DNA from: Bugula neritina
Taxonomy: Eukaryota > Animalia > Bryozoa
NCBI GenBank assembly: GCA_964035545.1
Contig: OZ037765.1
Coordinates: 10,984,698 to 11,048,697, forward strand
DNA length: 64,000 bases
Reading direction: 5' to 3'
Shown here: positions 28,008-40,190 of the stretch, piece after piece
How the letters are laid out: each line of letters starts with the position of its first letter
Position numbering within the stretch: the first letter of the stretch is position 1
The notes under the pieces: generated by a model
What the model was told of the DNA's origin: nothing
Databases searched by the model: none
What the model saw: only the letters and a program-made list of their open reading frames with translations
Program-made: the position numbers and the translations under genes

Positions 28008-31000
28008 CAGTATGATATATATATCAGATGACAGTAATGCTATATTTTGTTGTTGTTTTGTAAAATCGAATTGATTTTGCAAATTAAGGAACTGCAAACA
28101 TTTTTTAAATGTGATTTGCAAATATTAGCATTGAAAACATCCACTAAACAAAAAGCAGATGAAACAAATGGAAAAACATCTTGCAACTTTTCTCAATAAA
28201 TTGTTAGAACATGAATAGTGATGTGATTACGTCATGGCCTTGTTGATGTTAGAATAAATGGTGTGATGTGGTTCCAGCCTATTCTTTAGAACAATTGAAG
28301 TGACTAAACCTTAATATTTTACTTATTATTGCTTATGAATGAATGCAGCTATATCAAGTAAATAACCAATTTATTGCTACTTTTTCAATTCACACGCATG
28401 ACTACTATAACTACTACTACTACCACTACCACTACCACTACCACTACCACTACCACTACCACTACTACTACAACAACAACTACTACTAGTACTACCACTA
28501 CCACTACCACTACCACTACCACTACCACAACCACTACCACTACTACTACAACAACAACTACTACTAGTACTACCACTACCACTACCACAACCACTACCAC
28601 TACCACTACTACTACAACAACAACTACTACTAGTACTACCACTACCACTACCACTACCACTACCACTACCACTACCACTACCACTACCACTACCACAACC
28701 ACTACCACTACTACTACAACAACAACTACTACTAGTACTACCACTACCACTACCACTACCACTACCACTACCACTACCACTACCACTACCACTACCACTA
28801 CCACTACCACGACCACTACCACTACTATTAGTACTACTACTACTATTACTATTACTAAGGCAAAACTTCATAACATATAGCAATTATTGAAGCAGCAACT
28901 CTAAGCAATATACTAAATACTAAATAAAAATATGCAACAATACTAAATAATATGCATATACAGAGGAGCTCAAACTTTCACAGCATAAGGGCTTCAGCCC
29001 CAAGGTCAACAACTTATGTATTTACATATTTAATAATAGTTCGTATAACTATAAACTTTTAATAAGCTTACCAGAGTAATTGATTGGCTCGCAGAGCACC
29101 TTAAAAGCAGAAGCACTGTCTGCAGGTTGAATGCTCATTTCGTAGGTGCCTGGGAACTTCATGCCTCCTGCCTTGTAGATTACGTCACAATCTGCAAGAC
29201 GCATATACATTCACCCTTCTATATGCTAAGTAGCTGATCAAATCAACAAAATGCAACAAATAGAATAAACAACTTTACAGTTGGAAACTTTCTATACCCT
29301 CAAGTTGCATTTATATACCTTCACGATTTTCAATAAGAAATTAAATTTGGCTGAGTTGAAATTTCTCTGAATTGCATTGCATTGTAAAAGCCACTCGTAA
29401 AAATTTTTGTACTGTGAATAACTTCAGAATGATACTCAAGAAGAGTAATAACTCCTAGTAAATATCGTTATTTAGTTATGACTTTGCCGATTAGATGACG
29501 TATTTATATGTTAATAATTATATCGCCTACGCCTTCTCAATTATTGCTTTTATGCTGTCAACTTCACTAATTCACTTGGCAATGATCATCAAATAACGAT
29601 TAAGCAAGTCAGATTTCATTTTTAGAAACTAAGCTTCCGCATCAATGTGATTTTAACGATTGTCAGTTTGACTATAAAGGGGTACTCAGACAAGCGTTAT
29701 TAACTGAAACTCGATATTTTTTTCAGCAGAGGTATAAATGCAACTTTACACAAATGAAATAGCACAGCTATCTTACCAAAATATTATCTATTATATATTA
29801 TAATATTATATATTAATAATATATTTAGATGAGCAAAAGTTAATGCTCCAGAGTTTATCAGGTAAATACTTCCTTCTCAGTAATATGAACATTTCTGCCT
29901 CACACATGTGAGTAATATAAACAGTTCAGTACCCCTGCACTCTATGGCCTATACTTTTACTAACTTACTTATTATGCTTAATAAGCAGCAGAATTATACC
30001 TGGGAAATGATACCTGCATTCAGATGACAGGGCAGTATAATGCACAGATCGAAAGTATACATCCAGGGAAGTTAAATGTGAATAATATTTTTTTGTTATA
30101 ATGCATATTATTAAGTTTATTGACCTTTAGATGAGCAATAGCCTGTCTTCTCAAAATATAACACTGTTAGTGTTTCATTTTATGTTGAATAAGTTACTTA
30201 AACTTCAGCTATAAATATTTACATTCTCTGGAAAGATGCAATGATTTTGCACTGGATGGTATTATAAATATATGAATATGCAGTTTGTGTTATAGGCCTA
30301 CGATGGCTCCTCTATAAAAGCATGAGTAACATAGCTGGAAGTGAATGTGGATCAGGCATTCTATAGCTGATTATAAATAGTTTATAGGATAGCAACTATT
30401 TGCAGTTATCTGAGTCATAGTTTTATCAAGCCTATTCTCTATTTAACAATATTGTAGAAACATGCAATTCTATAAATTTAGTACAGAGTTGAAAATTTGC
30501 TGAACCAGTAAAAAATGGGAGGCTTTTGTAAAATATTTTCCGTTATTGATGTAGTTATCAAACTCAATCAAACCTATAGTTGATCTATTGATATATATTG
30601 GTGAATCAAGAAGTAACCACCAAATATCTGATATGCTGCTTAATACCAGCACATAGGCCTACTGTAAGATTTTTTACAACTACATGCAATGGACCCTCCC
30701 CCCTCACAACTACTATCATAATTCACACGGCTAGAATAATTTTAGGCATAGGCTTATGAATTTCAGATTTTGTTAGTATGCTTAAAACGAACTGCATTTT
30801 CATCAGTTATAAATTGTGTACTCTTTAAAAGCATATTAAACCTATTTTCCATAAAAAGTAGTGAGCTGTATAAATTCCAAAAGGTCCAGGTATGCAAAAC
30901 ACTTTCCAACTAAACAAAATAAATTGAATAATTAACCAACATTATTCATGACTTGGGAATGAGATTGACAATTTTTAACAAGCCATAGATTTTACGGAAT

Positions 31001-32304
31001 TTAACTAAGTTGAAGGAACACAATTTTGACCAGTTGGAGCTAAAACACATGCTAATTTATACTGTAATCTAGAAGCTATGGGAATTCCAAAGTTAAAATA
31101 CTCTAAAAAATGCATCACTATTTCAATGCTATGGAAGATCAAAATCTTAAACTGATTGCTGGTCACCAAATATTGAGTGGTCGTCAAAAAATTTTAGTAA
31201 GCAGTTGCTAACATCTATAACAATAACAAGATCTAAGATCGCAGCTGCAGAGATTTAGTTACCTTCTAGATTCTAGAACTTGAATTTTGCAATAAGCGTT
31301 AACAAAACATAATTTAGTGCTTTCTGACTGATTCCGGCCAATTCCCTTAGATTTTATAACTTCATGTATTAGATATTAGACATTGAAATATTACACTAAT
31401 ATTACGTAATTTTACATCACAAGCAGGATTTGTTTTTGTATTTATTAATTTGCATAAAAGCCATAATCGTATAACAAAGTTGCGTAATCAATTTAATTAA
31501 TCTCATTCAACTATTTGATAATGAATATATAAAAGCCACTCCTATTGTAAAGTTTGTTTGTTTAATTCTAGGAGGAAAATACAGAAATTAGGAAGTGTAG
31601 CATTAATTACTGCTAGTCTTGTTTCCTCTCTAACAAAGCTATTCAGGAGAGCTGGTGACACATGCAGAAACTTATTATAAGTATTTGAATTAGTAATCAA
31701 GTAAGGAAAAAGTCAGTTTTATAACAAAATATATTTTTATAGATCCTAGATCCTAATTTTAGTTCCTGATAGCTGGAGGTTCTTTTAGATGCTCGCAACT
31801 TATTTCCTGGTATAATTATTTTTTAAAGACTCCACTAAACATGATCACCACAAATCAACGTGTTAGCATACCTGGAGGAAAACCTGACACAACTGTCGGG
31901 TCTACTGAAGCTGCTGTACTGTTGCTATGCCAATTCTGACTGAGCAGATATTCTATATTAGCATCAGTTTTGACTTGCCAATCCTTCTGCTCTGTAACGT
32001 TTCCCGTTAGAAGTTGAATCTGAAGTTGCTGTCGCTCCTGCTCCTTTCTCAGCAGCGTAACGTCCTGCTGCAGTGAGATCACCAGATTTGTCAGCATTCG
32101 AACTCTGCTCGCGTACTTTTGTATCTCTTTTCTCACAACGTGTCGACATTTGTCTTTATGTCTAAAATTGTCTTTTAAAATATCTTTGATATCAAATGTG
32201 TAGTTAGAAGAAGCATCTGCGACTCTTATGACTATAAATGTCAATATAAGAATAGCTGTAATGCAATATGTACATTTTGTAGATTTGAAAAACATAAAAT
32301 CCAT
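25589..32304 (-). CDS. Secreted coiled-coil + fibrinogen C-terminal domain protein (angiopoietin-like/FReD family)
   Basis: Exons 32304-31872 (hydrophobic signal-like N-terminus, coiled coil), 29191-29072 (DCDVIY..GTYE..FKVLCE), 26441-26304 ([34 protein letters not shown]), 26177-25892 (LRVE..KFSTFDKDND..NCA..GWWYKTC..SNVNG), 25706-25589 (GIVW..SLKKTRLLIKP..TGA). Confidence 0.9.
27933..28005. repeat. (TA)n microsatellite
   Basis: Directly visible. Confidence 0.97.
28401..28857. repeat. Compound (ACT/ACC/ACA)n microsatellite with a higher-order repeat, intronic
   Basis: (ACTACC)n runs punctuated four times by ACTACTACTACAACAACAACTACTACTAGT. Confidence 0.95.
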
Positions 32305-32750
32305 AATTAAATTAAAATGTGTTTTAGCTCAACTTATTTTGGCAAGCGATCTTAGTGAAATGACGTTTGAACTACAATGTTCCAGTTAGCTGCATCACAT
32401 GGCACGCGCATGTAATTATTTATAAGTTTATCACGGATGAACCAATCAAATTCAATTATGAATTAATCATATCATTGCTACGGCTTATGCTTTGAGTTGA
32501 TGGTGCGCAGAACAGTCATTATATCCACGTAGGTATTATTACTGGTTGCAGCAAATAAAGTTTTGTATAGAGCTGCATATTGAAGGACGGAACAATTGCC
32601 GAGAAGACAATTTCTAGTTGATGTTTTTGTACCTTTATATTATAATGAAGAATCCATGGAGAGCTATTTAAAGAACGTAACTACTACTGTTTGAAATAAA
32701 TTTATAGTAAAGCATAAACTCTATTGGCAATAAGTTTTGCAGTGTAATTA

Positions 32751-33094
32751 GCCTAGGGCCACACGGTGCGTATTTTCGCATGCGAAAATTGAAATCACAA
32801 GTAGCAAAGGTGTCCACTGTGCGCGTTGAGAAAACGTTCGCACTTGCGTTGAAAATGCTGAGCGACAAGTGCGAATCGTCTCTGTCATCGTCACCTAATT
32901 GGCTGGTAGCTATTCAGCGAGCCCAATTTCTTTAATTTAGTGCTACATTCCAGCAAATTGCGTTTTATTGAAAGCGAGTGCGATTTAAAAATGAAAGCTT
33001 TATTTATCACGCGTCACTGACGCTACAGTGGACACCTTTGCTACTCGTGATTTTAATTTTCGCATGCGAAAATACGCACAGTGTGGCCCTAGGC
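32751..33094. mobile_element. MITE (non-autonomous DNA transposon) with about 70-bp TIRs
   Basis: GCCTAGGGCCACAC.GTGCGTATTTTCGCATGCGAAAATT.AAATCAC.AGTAGCAAAGGTGTCCACTGT recurs as a near-perfect inverse at about 33025-33094; TA on both flanks. Termini resemble PIF/Harbinger MITEs, but superfamily is uncertain. Confidence 0.85.
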
Positions 33095-33221
33095 TAACAG
33101 TTTGACAGTGCAAGATTACGATGACATAATAATTGCTGCTTCTATGAATTGTATACTACTAATCCATATAATATATTATGTAATAATTAAATATATATGA
33201 AATAATATCAACTAGTTTAAT

Positions 33222-33294
33222 ACACACACACACACACACACACGCACACACGCACACACGCACACACGCACACACGCACACACGCACACACACA
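33222..33294. repeat. (CA)n/(CACACG)n microsatellite
   Basis: Directly visible. Confidence 0.95.
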
Positions 33295-35922
33295 TATTTT
33301 ATAACCCAATACATAACATCTGATGAAATAATTGATAAATAATAAACTTTCTTTAAAATGTTTTTATTATTGTAGCCCAAAAGACTTCATGTTTTGGAAT
33401 TACACTGATTGAAAGAACTTAGTTATTTACTCACATATAAATAAATTCTACTTTGTTGCATACAAAAATAACATAATAAGTGTATTTATTTTTTTTTTCA
33501 GACGGTGCTGTGTGATTTAATCATTAAATTATTTATTGTCTGACTAAAGGACTGGTTTTTTAATTTAACAACATATTATTATGATGGTTGTTATATTTTG
33601 CAACTTTGTTGCTATGAAAATGTAGTACGCATATACTAATTAGAAAAATATGGTTGGTTTTAAAAGTAATACCAAAAGAAAGTAATTATTATTTTAACTT
33701 TTTCAATCTTTTTTGTAGGCTTTCTGTGCTTTACAAAAGCTAAGAGGCCAATTTCACCAGAGTTTGATGCAGTTCCATGAAAGCTCAAAGTTCAATAGAA
33801 ATTCTTTACTGCAGCAAAACACAAGTAAAATAGATTGCTCTAATCACTCAAATTTGGGCAATTCTTTTTTTTAGATTCACACCAAGCCCACTTACATGTT
33901 TTGGTCCTCTATAGCTCTTCTGAAACATCTGTTTTTCTAGTAGATTACAAAATATGTAATACAAGTTTGCAGTATATATCAAATTGTGACCTAATTGTGT
34001 TTTTCTTCGGTCTGTAAGATTAGAATTCGGTTTCTTTGTTTCTCATTTTTGTTTTGAATAAAAATATCCTTCTTTTAATAAAACATATAGAGAATGTACA
34101 TACACATAAATTTATTGATTTTTGTCAGATCATGCATCTGTTTTTTGTAAACTTGTTTTATATATATATTCAAAACAGTTTGCTAAATAAACTTTAGACT
34201 ATGACACGAGTGGAGAAAATATGCGAAACAAACTAATATTCAAATGCAGATAAGAGTTAGCTTTCCAAGAAATACTGAGAAGACAACTTCATATTCAACA
34301 GGAGGAATTCATTAAAATGATATTATATATCTATGCTATAATAGTTGCTCTTATGCACAGGTACTAGTTTAGCATTAATCTATATTTATGTAATTACAAA
34401 TTGATACATATATAATTAAAATGACATATCATCAGCAGATTGTACCATAGAGGTTTCTTATAGCTAAAACTCTTTCTTATTAGTTAGTAGCTCCCTCATT
34501 TCATTAACTGATTCCTATATGCTCTTTGGTGATTATCAGTTGACAATCTCAATACAGTCACGTACTACACAAACCAAGTCTATTTCACAATATTGTACTC
34601 AAGTATCACAAAACATAGCACAAACTAAAAGGTTATTTTGAAATCAGGACTATTTTATGGTAGTTTGTGTTCGCTACTTGATAGTAATCAGCATGTCTTT
34701 TGACTTAGCCAAGAGGAGACAACTATAACTGCTGCATCAAACAGTTGCAACTTGTCAGTTGATTAACAGATTTTATTTCCAGAACATTGGTGATTGGTTA
34801 AATAGAGGACAGTTTTTGTCTTTGTCCTTTTTATTTGCCCAAGGTTCTGTATTCATGCAGTTATATATTCTCTAACAAGTTTTGCTTCATGTGTTTCTAC
34901 TTCTGATTGCTGAACATGTTATTCCTTGTCACCAGGGGAGAGGAGGAAAAGGCTTATTAGTTACTTCTAGTAAAATCTGTTGCTCCCAGTCTGCCATCTT
35001 CATCACCATAACAATTTCCATAAGCAAATAAGCCTTCTTGACATGTAAAAAAGCCCAGGCAAAGATATGGAATAGACTTGTTATTTGATTTAGTCGAATA
35101 GTGATGCATCTAATAACCAAAAGTATTTATTTGTTAATTACAAGTCAAATTGAATTAATTATTCAAAAGTTGAGGTTTAATTAAATAAAAAAATCAAATA
35201 ATAGTTACCTAACTGAATAATATAACTTTCCTGTGTCTACTGCTTTACATGCTTGTATCCTGTAGAATAATGTATTTTTTATGATAGCTTGTGTCGCTCT
35301 GGCAGACATATTGGATTTATGCATGCTAAATAAAATCTGATCTGTGTCACAACACGTGAGGAAAAAATCACAGGGGCTGGTAAATTTAATTATAGGCTCT
35401 ACAAATACCTCCAGAGGACTTCCAACTTGTAGTACTTGTTTAAGTTTTTCTACTGCCATCTGTTTATGACATTTCCTTGCAAAAATATAAAAAAGTTAGG
35501 TTTAAAACATCTAAACTCTAAAGCATAGCCAGTTGTAATGAGTTCCAAGCCTCTATGTTACACAGACTTTTACACATTTTCATTTTGATGATCATAAGTT
35601 ATAAACTATTGAGCATGTATTATATAGTATACAATGCAAATTATGAATTATGCATATAACATGATAACTGCATTAGAATTATTATAGCTTGACATAGTAG
35701 ACAATGGGAGAGTATGAGTATGGGATTGAAATCTATCCCCCTAGACGCACTTTGCCGTATTGTAGGCGGTAAAAATGTCAGCCATTTTTAATGTGTCTGG
35801 GCTGAAGTTCCCAAAGTGCGCTATTGGATCTGATCGATGACACCTCATTGGACATTTGTATCAAATGAATTCACACGAAGGTCTTCCTGTCCAATAGGAG
35901 CCTGCCGCAACGTTTTTGAATA

Positions 35923-35939
35923 AAAGTTGGACACCCCTG
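35923..35939. mobile_element. Possible solo hAT/Charlie-like terminal inverted repeat
   Basis: Reverse complement reads CAGGGGTGTCCAACTTT, a typical hAT-Charlie end, closing a GC-richer patch (about 35700-35940). No matching other end or TSD found. Confidence 0.3.
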
Positions 35940-38828
35940 CCCTAAAACATATCAATGCCAAGTCTAAGTATGCCTGGCTAACCAGGGTTCGGCGTATAGG
36001 GTCTGGTTGTATAAGCAGAATCAAAACTTCTACCATGAAAAATAAAATATCAATATGTCTCTAACAAAGATAGCCTTCATGGTGTTGCTCCATGCCTCTG
36101 CTAGAAACATGTTGCTAGCAGAGGCAAAAATGCACGAAATTAGTATTGTGGGTTTTTTTGTTAAATCAATTATATCAGTAAGTTTATCATTCAATCTATT
36201 ATTCAGCCAAAGAATCTTACAAATTGACAGTCAAATAAAACAAATATCCTCATATAGTAGCTTCCGGATAAAGCTGCTTTATTTTAGAATATTGTAATTC
36301 GCTTCTTGTAATAAATGTTATTGTAAAAACTGGTAGCCTAGTTTGATGTTGTTCAAAATAGAAACTTGAAAACTTTGAAGGCTAAAAATACAGGTTGCAG
36401 ATTATATAATTGTTATATATTATAAAGTTCGTTGACCGTGTAGCAAGTTAGCCAAGGCTCATTACACTACAACATCATAATTAAAGTTCTCACTAAGCTC
36501 TTCCTCTTGCAAACAACTGTCACTCTTATATACAGCTTCTTTTAAAATACAACCAGCTCTAGTATACATGAAGTGTTTTTTAGGTAATTTAATATTATGA
36601 CTTTAAAATATCTAATGGTTAGGAGTTGTATTATCTTTACCAATGATAACATTTCATGCAATAACTACTTGAACATTATATCAATATAACACGTATATAA
36701 TTTATATGTGTTATATTATATAATGGTGTGATGCGGCGTACAATATACTTACATTCTTTTTGTATTTTACACTTTATTGTTGCAATTTTAGCAGTGCATC
36801 TGCAGGTTTATTAGCAATATAATAAACAATGTAAAAGTCACTTCAAAGCTACAGCATATACTCAGACCTGCATCAATATTTCCATATAACATTTGATCCT
36901 TCTGAATGACTTAGTTTCAAAATGTTTTGCTGACATACTGAAATTTAGCAAGTTTTTTCAATTGAAGTACACTTCATATACAATAGGACACAGGGTTACA
37001 CTAGGCTAACATAACACATGCTGATGAATCAAACAATGGCATAGCTTAGCAGGTGTGCCATGGCAACTGAGTGGTACCAGAAAAAGAAGATGCGGTCACA
37101 ATTACTCTTGTGCCACATTAAGCAAAGGCTTGCTAGTAGAATTAGTACCCTTCAAGCTCTCCAAGGAATTGTAATTATAAACAATATTAAAAATCTTTTC
37201 AAAACAGATACTAACCCAATTGTTTTGAGTATCATTTTACTGCCAGACTATTAAACTTATAATTTGCTTACAGCATATATTTTAGCTGCTTTCATTTGAC
37301 CTCAGTCAATGTGAGTGGTCTTGTATAGCTATGTCATGGGTATATGTAGCCAAGTTGCAATATAAACAACATATGGCTTGATTATTACTTTGAAAGCTTT
37401 TGTAATTGAGGGACATAAAATGATAATTATATAAGAATGTAGTAATAAGATTATCTATAAATCTACAATAAATATAACATAGCATGGTTGCAACAACTAG
37501 TAAATATGATATATTATTGTAAATTGCATAGATGTGTAAAAGTACCATAATTATTGTAATAGTCACTGTCATTTATGTTGATTAGAGAAATCAAATCATA
37601 AAAAGTATTTTAAGGTTTGAGGGTTGTGTTCACATGTTGAAAGTATACAATATTATTACTATTGACCAACATAGTGGTTTGGAAAGCTACATTTATTTCA
37701 AAAATCACATCTTCTATTGCAAAAAGCATATCAATCTTAGTTTCAAAATAAACTCGTTAGATTGCACTCTTTACCATTTTGCAAGACTCAAGTGCAGCTA
37801 GGCTTCAACAGTATCAACTTTATATAAGTTTAATCAATTATAGTTTCTGAACCTTTTATTTCAAGAAGAATCAGTGAATGAAAAGACACCTTGGATATAA
37901 ATAAAATATTGCCTTGCATACACGAAACTTCCAGGAAATAGCCATGGATGCTAGCGCAGCAATAATAAGAAAGTGCTATTGGATAAACAACAAGCTACAG
38001 TAGCTAGGAAAAACTTCTGATATAAAGTAATGCATAGCAATTGCTATTGGAACTAAAAAAAAGTTCTAGGTGCATAATTTGTAGCAACAGTTCTTTATTA
38101 TGTCCGACACCCTTTACTCTGCGTCAACTCAATCATCATTTGTGGTTTCCAGCTGCGCAAGGTTGTTCTCTTGTTTGGATAATAAATTTTTTTATGAAAC
38201 TCATAATTTTGATATGCATAGGTATTTGCATGGAATGCAAACTCTGAAATACTATGCAGCTTCTAACTGTTTCAACTTACACCTTTTTTTAGAAATCATA
38301 GTTTCTATTTGATTCTATAGTCGTTTAAAAGTTATGCCTATTAGGAAATAAGCAGCTTGTATAAAAGTTTTGTCACGTGTACAACAGTTGCATGTATATG
38401 AAACATTGCAACATTTTATTAAACTTATCCTATTATGCTTGAAAGAGGTACCGTTCTCTACATCTAAAGTGTAGATGCTCTTTCTATGAAGTCCAAGGGT
38501 CAATAACCTTGAGTTAATAATTATATTTTATTTGTTATCAATATTTTAACAAATAGGCTTAAATGTCTAACAGCATATTCTCAGCAAGTTAAGTTAAGTA
38601 ACCTAAGCTAATCTCATAGTAATCATGGCATGTACAAATTATACAACCTGACAAAAATCGCAGTATACTAGTAATAAAAGTTGCCGCAATATTGATCACA
38701 TTTATTGCTACACCTACACACTGAAATCGTGTTTAATAATTATATGTTGCAAGTACGAAGAGTCAAATACAGGTTATGATGTTAAGCTGATACTTTGACA
38801 CTACCATTTCGTAACAACTAAACAATAT

Positions 38829-39220
38829 TGTGGTAAATTTATGTTGTGTGTGTGTGTCCTTTGTTGCCGAGATCGGTACTTCGGTCCTCCGAAACACCGA
38901 TATGCCGATTCTCGGCATATCGGAATACCGAAGTACCGAAATGCCGGATTCGGCATTTCGGATTCCCGAAGTGCCGATATTCGGTATTTCGGGCCTCCGA
39001 TCTCGGCAAACAAAGGAATGTCTTTGTCCTGCATGTATATAAAAGCCAGCGAGTTCCAGTATAGTTCAGTCTACTACTGGAGCTCGCTGGATAAAGACCA
39101 TTGATTCACTCGGACTATACTACAATAAAGATTATCTACATTCTACCTTATTTCTCGCCTTGTTTCTTATACAAGCATGTAACAGCACTAGTTTCATTCA
39201 CAATCCACAAAACTATCACA
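38829..39220 (+). repeat. 5' LTR (392 bp)
   Basis: Matches 46430-46821 with no difference seen by eye; TATATAAAA 39036-39044, Inr-like TCAGT 39066-39070, AATAAA 39124-39129. Confidence 0.97.
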
Positions 39221-39221
39221 T

Positions 39222-39241
39222 TGGTGGCAGCGGTGGGATTC
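39222..39241 (+). other. Primer binding site complementary to the tRNA-Leu 3' end
   Basis: TGGTGGCAGCGGTGGGATTC, 1 nt after the LTR; complement of ...GAAUCCCACCGCUGCCA-CCA of metazoan tRNA-Leu (AAG/UAG). Confidence 0.88.
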
Positions 39242-39271
39242 TACGAATAGCTAGTTGCTAAGAGAAATAGG

Positions 39272-40171
39272 ATGGCCCCAGGGGACCCAGCCCCTGAGGC
39301 AGCAGCACCACCAGCCCTCACTATTGAGGCGCTGGTCACAGCCCTCCAGGGATTGCGGGGGCAAGGACAGGCAGCACCTGGTGACAGGTATCGCCTCCAG
39401 CCCCCGACTTTCGGAGGAGATGGAGACGTGGAACAGTTCATCCAGGAGTTCGAGGACGTGGCCGCCACCGCTGAATGGCCAGTACGGGTGCGCGTCCTCC
39501 AACTCCGGGCCTGTCTGACAGGCCGGGCCAGGAACTTCGCACTGGGACCCGACGAAGCCCACATCCTGCGGGCTCTTAGGGCCCGGTTCGGGTTGACCAC
39601 GGAAGAGGCGACAGACCAGCTACAAGTGATGAGGAGAGACCGAAGGACATCTCTGGAAGATCACGCTAACGAGGTAGAGCGCCTGGCTCAGGCTGCTTTC
39701 GGTCACGCCACTGGCGACGATCGGAAGCGCCTCGTTTTTAACGCGTTCTTCCGGAGCGTGAACCACCCGGACCTCCAGCGGTACTGGCTAGCCGCAAAAG
39801 TCAAGAGCCTGGACGAAGCACTAGAGATGGGGAAGGCCTACTTCCAGGTGGAAGAGCCACGGAGGGCGAACTACGCAGCTCGCCAGGTGGCCGGAGATGC
39901 AGAAGAGGTACCCCCAACCCCACAAGTGGCAGCAGCAGCTACCCCGTCACCTGAGCAGACGCAGCTCAACATGCTGATGAGCATGATGAAAGGCCTGCAG
40001 GCTACAGTGACGGAGTTGCAGCGCAACCAGACGGACAGGCGGGCTCCCCGCTCGCGGGACGACCCTGTCCGCCCCCCTATGCCCACTTGCTGGGAGTGCG
40101 GGATGCCAGGACATGTGAGAAGGCACTGCCCTAAGGGACAGAAGCCTTTAAACACCCGAGGCTCACGGTGA
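39272..40171 (+). CDS. gag: Gag (capsid-like domain + CCHC zinc knuckle), 299 aa
   Basis: PPTFGGDGDVEQFIQEFE capsid-type start; CWECGMPGHVRRHC = CX2CX4HX4C. Confidence 0.93.
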   Translation: MAPGDPAPEAAAPPALTIEALVTALQGLRGQGQAAPGDRYRLQPPTFGGDGDVEQFIQEFEDVAATAEWPVRVRVLQLRACLTGRARNFALGPDEAHILRALRARFGLTTEEATDQLQVMRRDRRTSLEDHANEVERLAQAAFGHATGDDRKRLVFNAFFRSVNHPDLQRYWLAAKVKSLDEALEMGKAYFQVEEPRRANYAARQVAGDAEEVPPTPQVAAAATPSPEQTQLNMLMSMMKGLQATVTELQRNQTDRRAPRSRDDPVRPPMPTCWECGMPGHVRRHCPKGQKPLNTRGSR

Positions 40172-40190
40172 ATTCCGCCACCCGTGGGCC
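40147..40190 (+). promoter_or_regulatory. -1 programmed ribosomal frameshift signal
   Basis: T_TTA_AAC (40147-40153) in the gag frame, 6-nt spacer, 9-bp stem GGCTCACGG/CCGTGGGCC. Pol is in the -1 frame and open from the heptamer. Confidence 0.85.

Noticed and set aside
27822-28121. 99-aa ORF with (YI)n
   Set aside because: Translation of the (TA)n microsatellite
28374-28883. Poly-Thr, poly-Val and Gly-Ser ORFs (mucin-like)
   Set aside because: Translations of an intronic trinucleotide microsatellite; no exon context
29678-29936. Possible Kolobok-like MITE bounded by AGGGGTACT/AGTACCCCT
   Set aside because: Only a 9-bp inverted match and no TSD
38857-39017. Palindromic repeats read as a CRISPR array or structural RNA gene
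   Set aside because: No constant repeat with unique spacers, no cas genes, eukaryotic context; the block is part of both LTRs
39222-39241. tRNA-Leu gene
   Set aside because: Only a 20-nt complement of the tRNA 3' end including CCA, i.e. a primer binding site
40168-40170. GTG as an independent pol start codon
   Set aside because: ORF-caller artefact; the upstream -1 frameshift signal explains expression better
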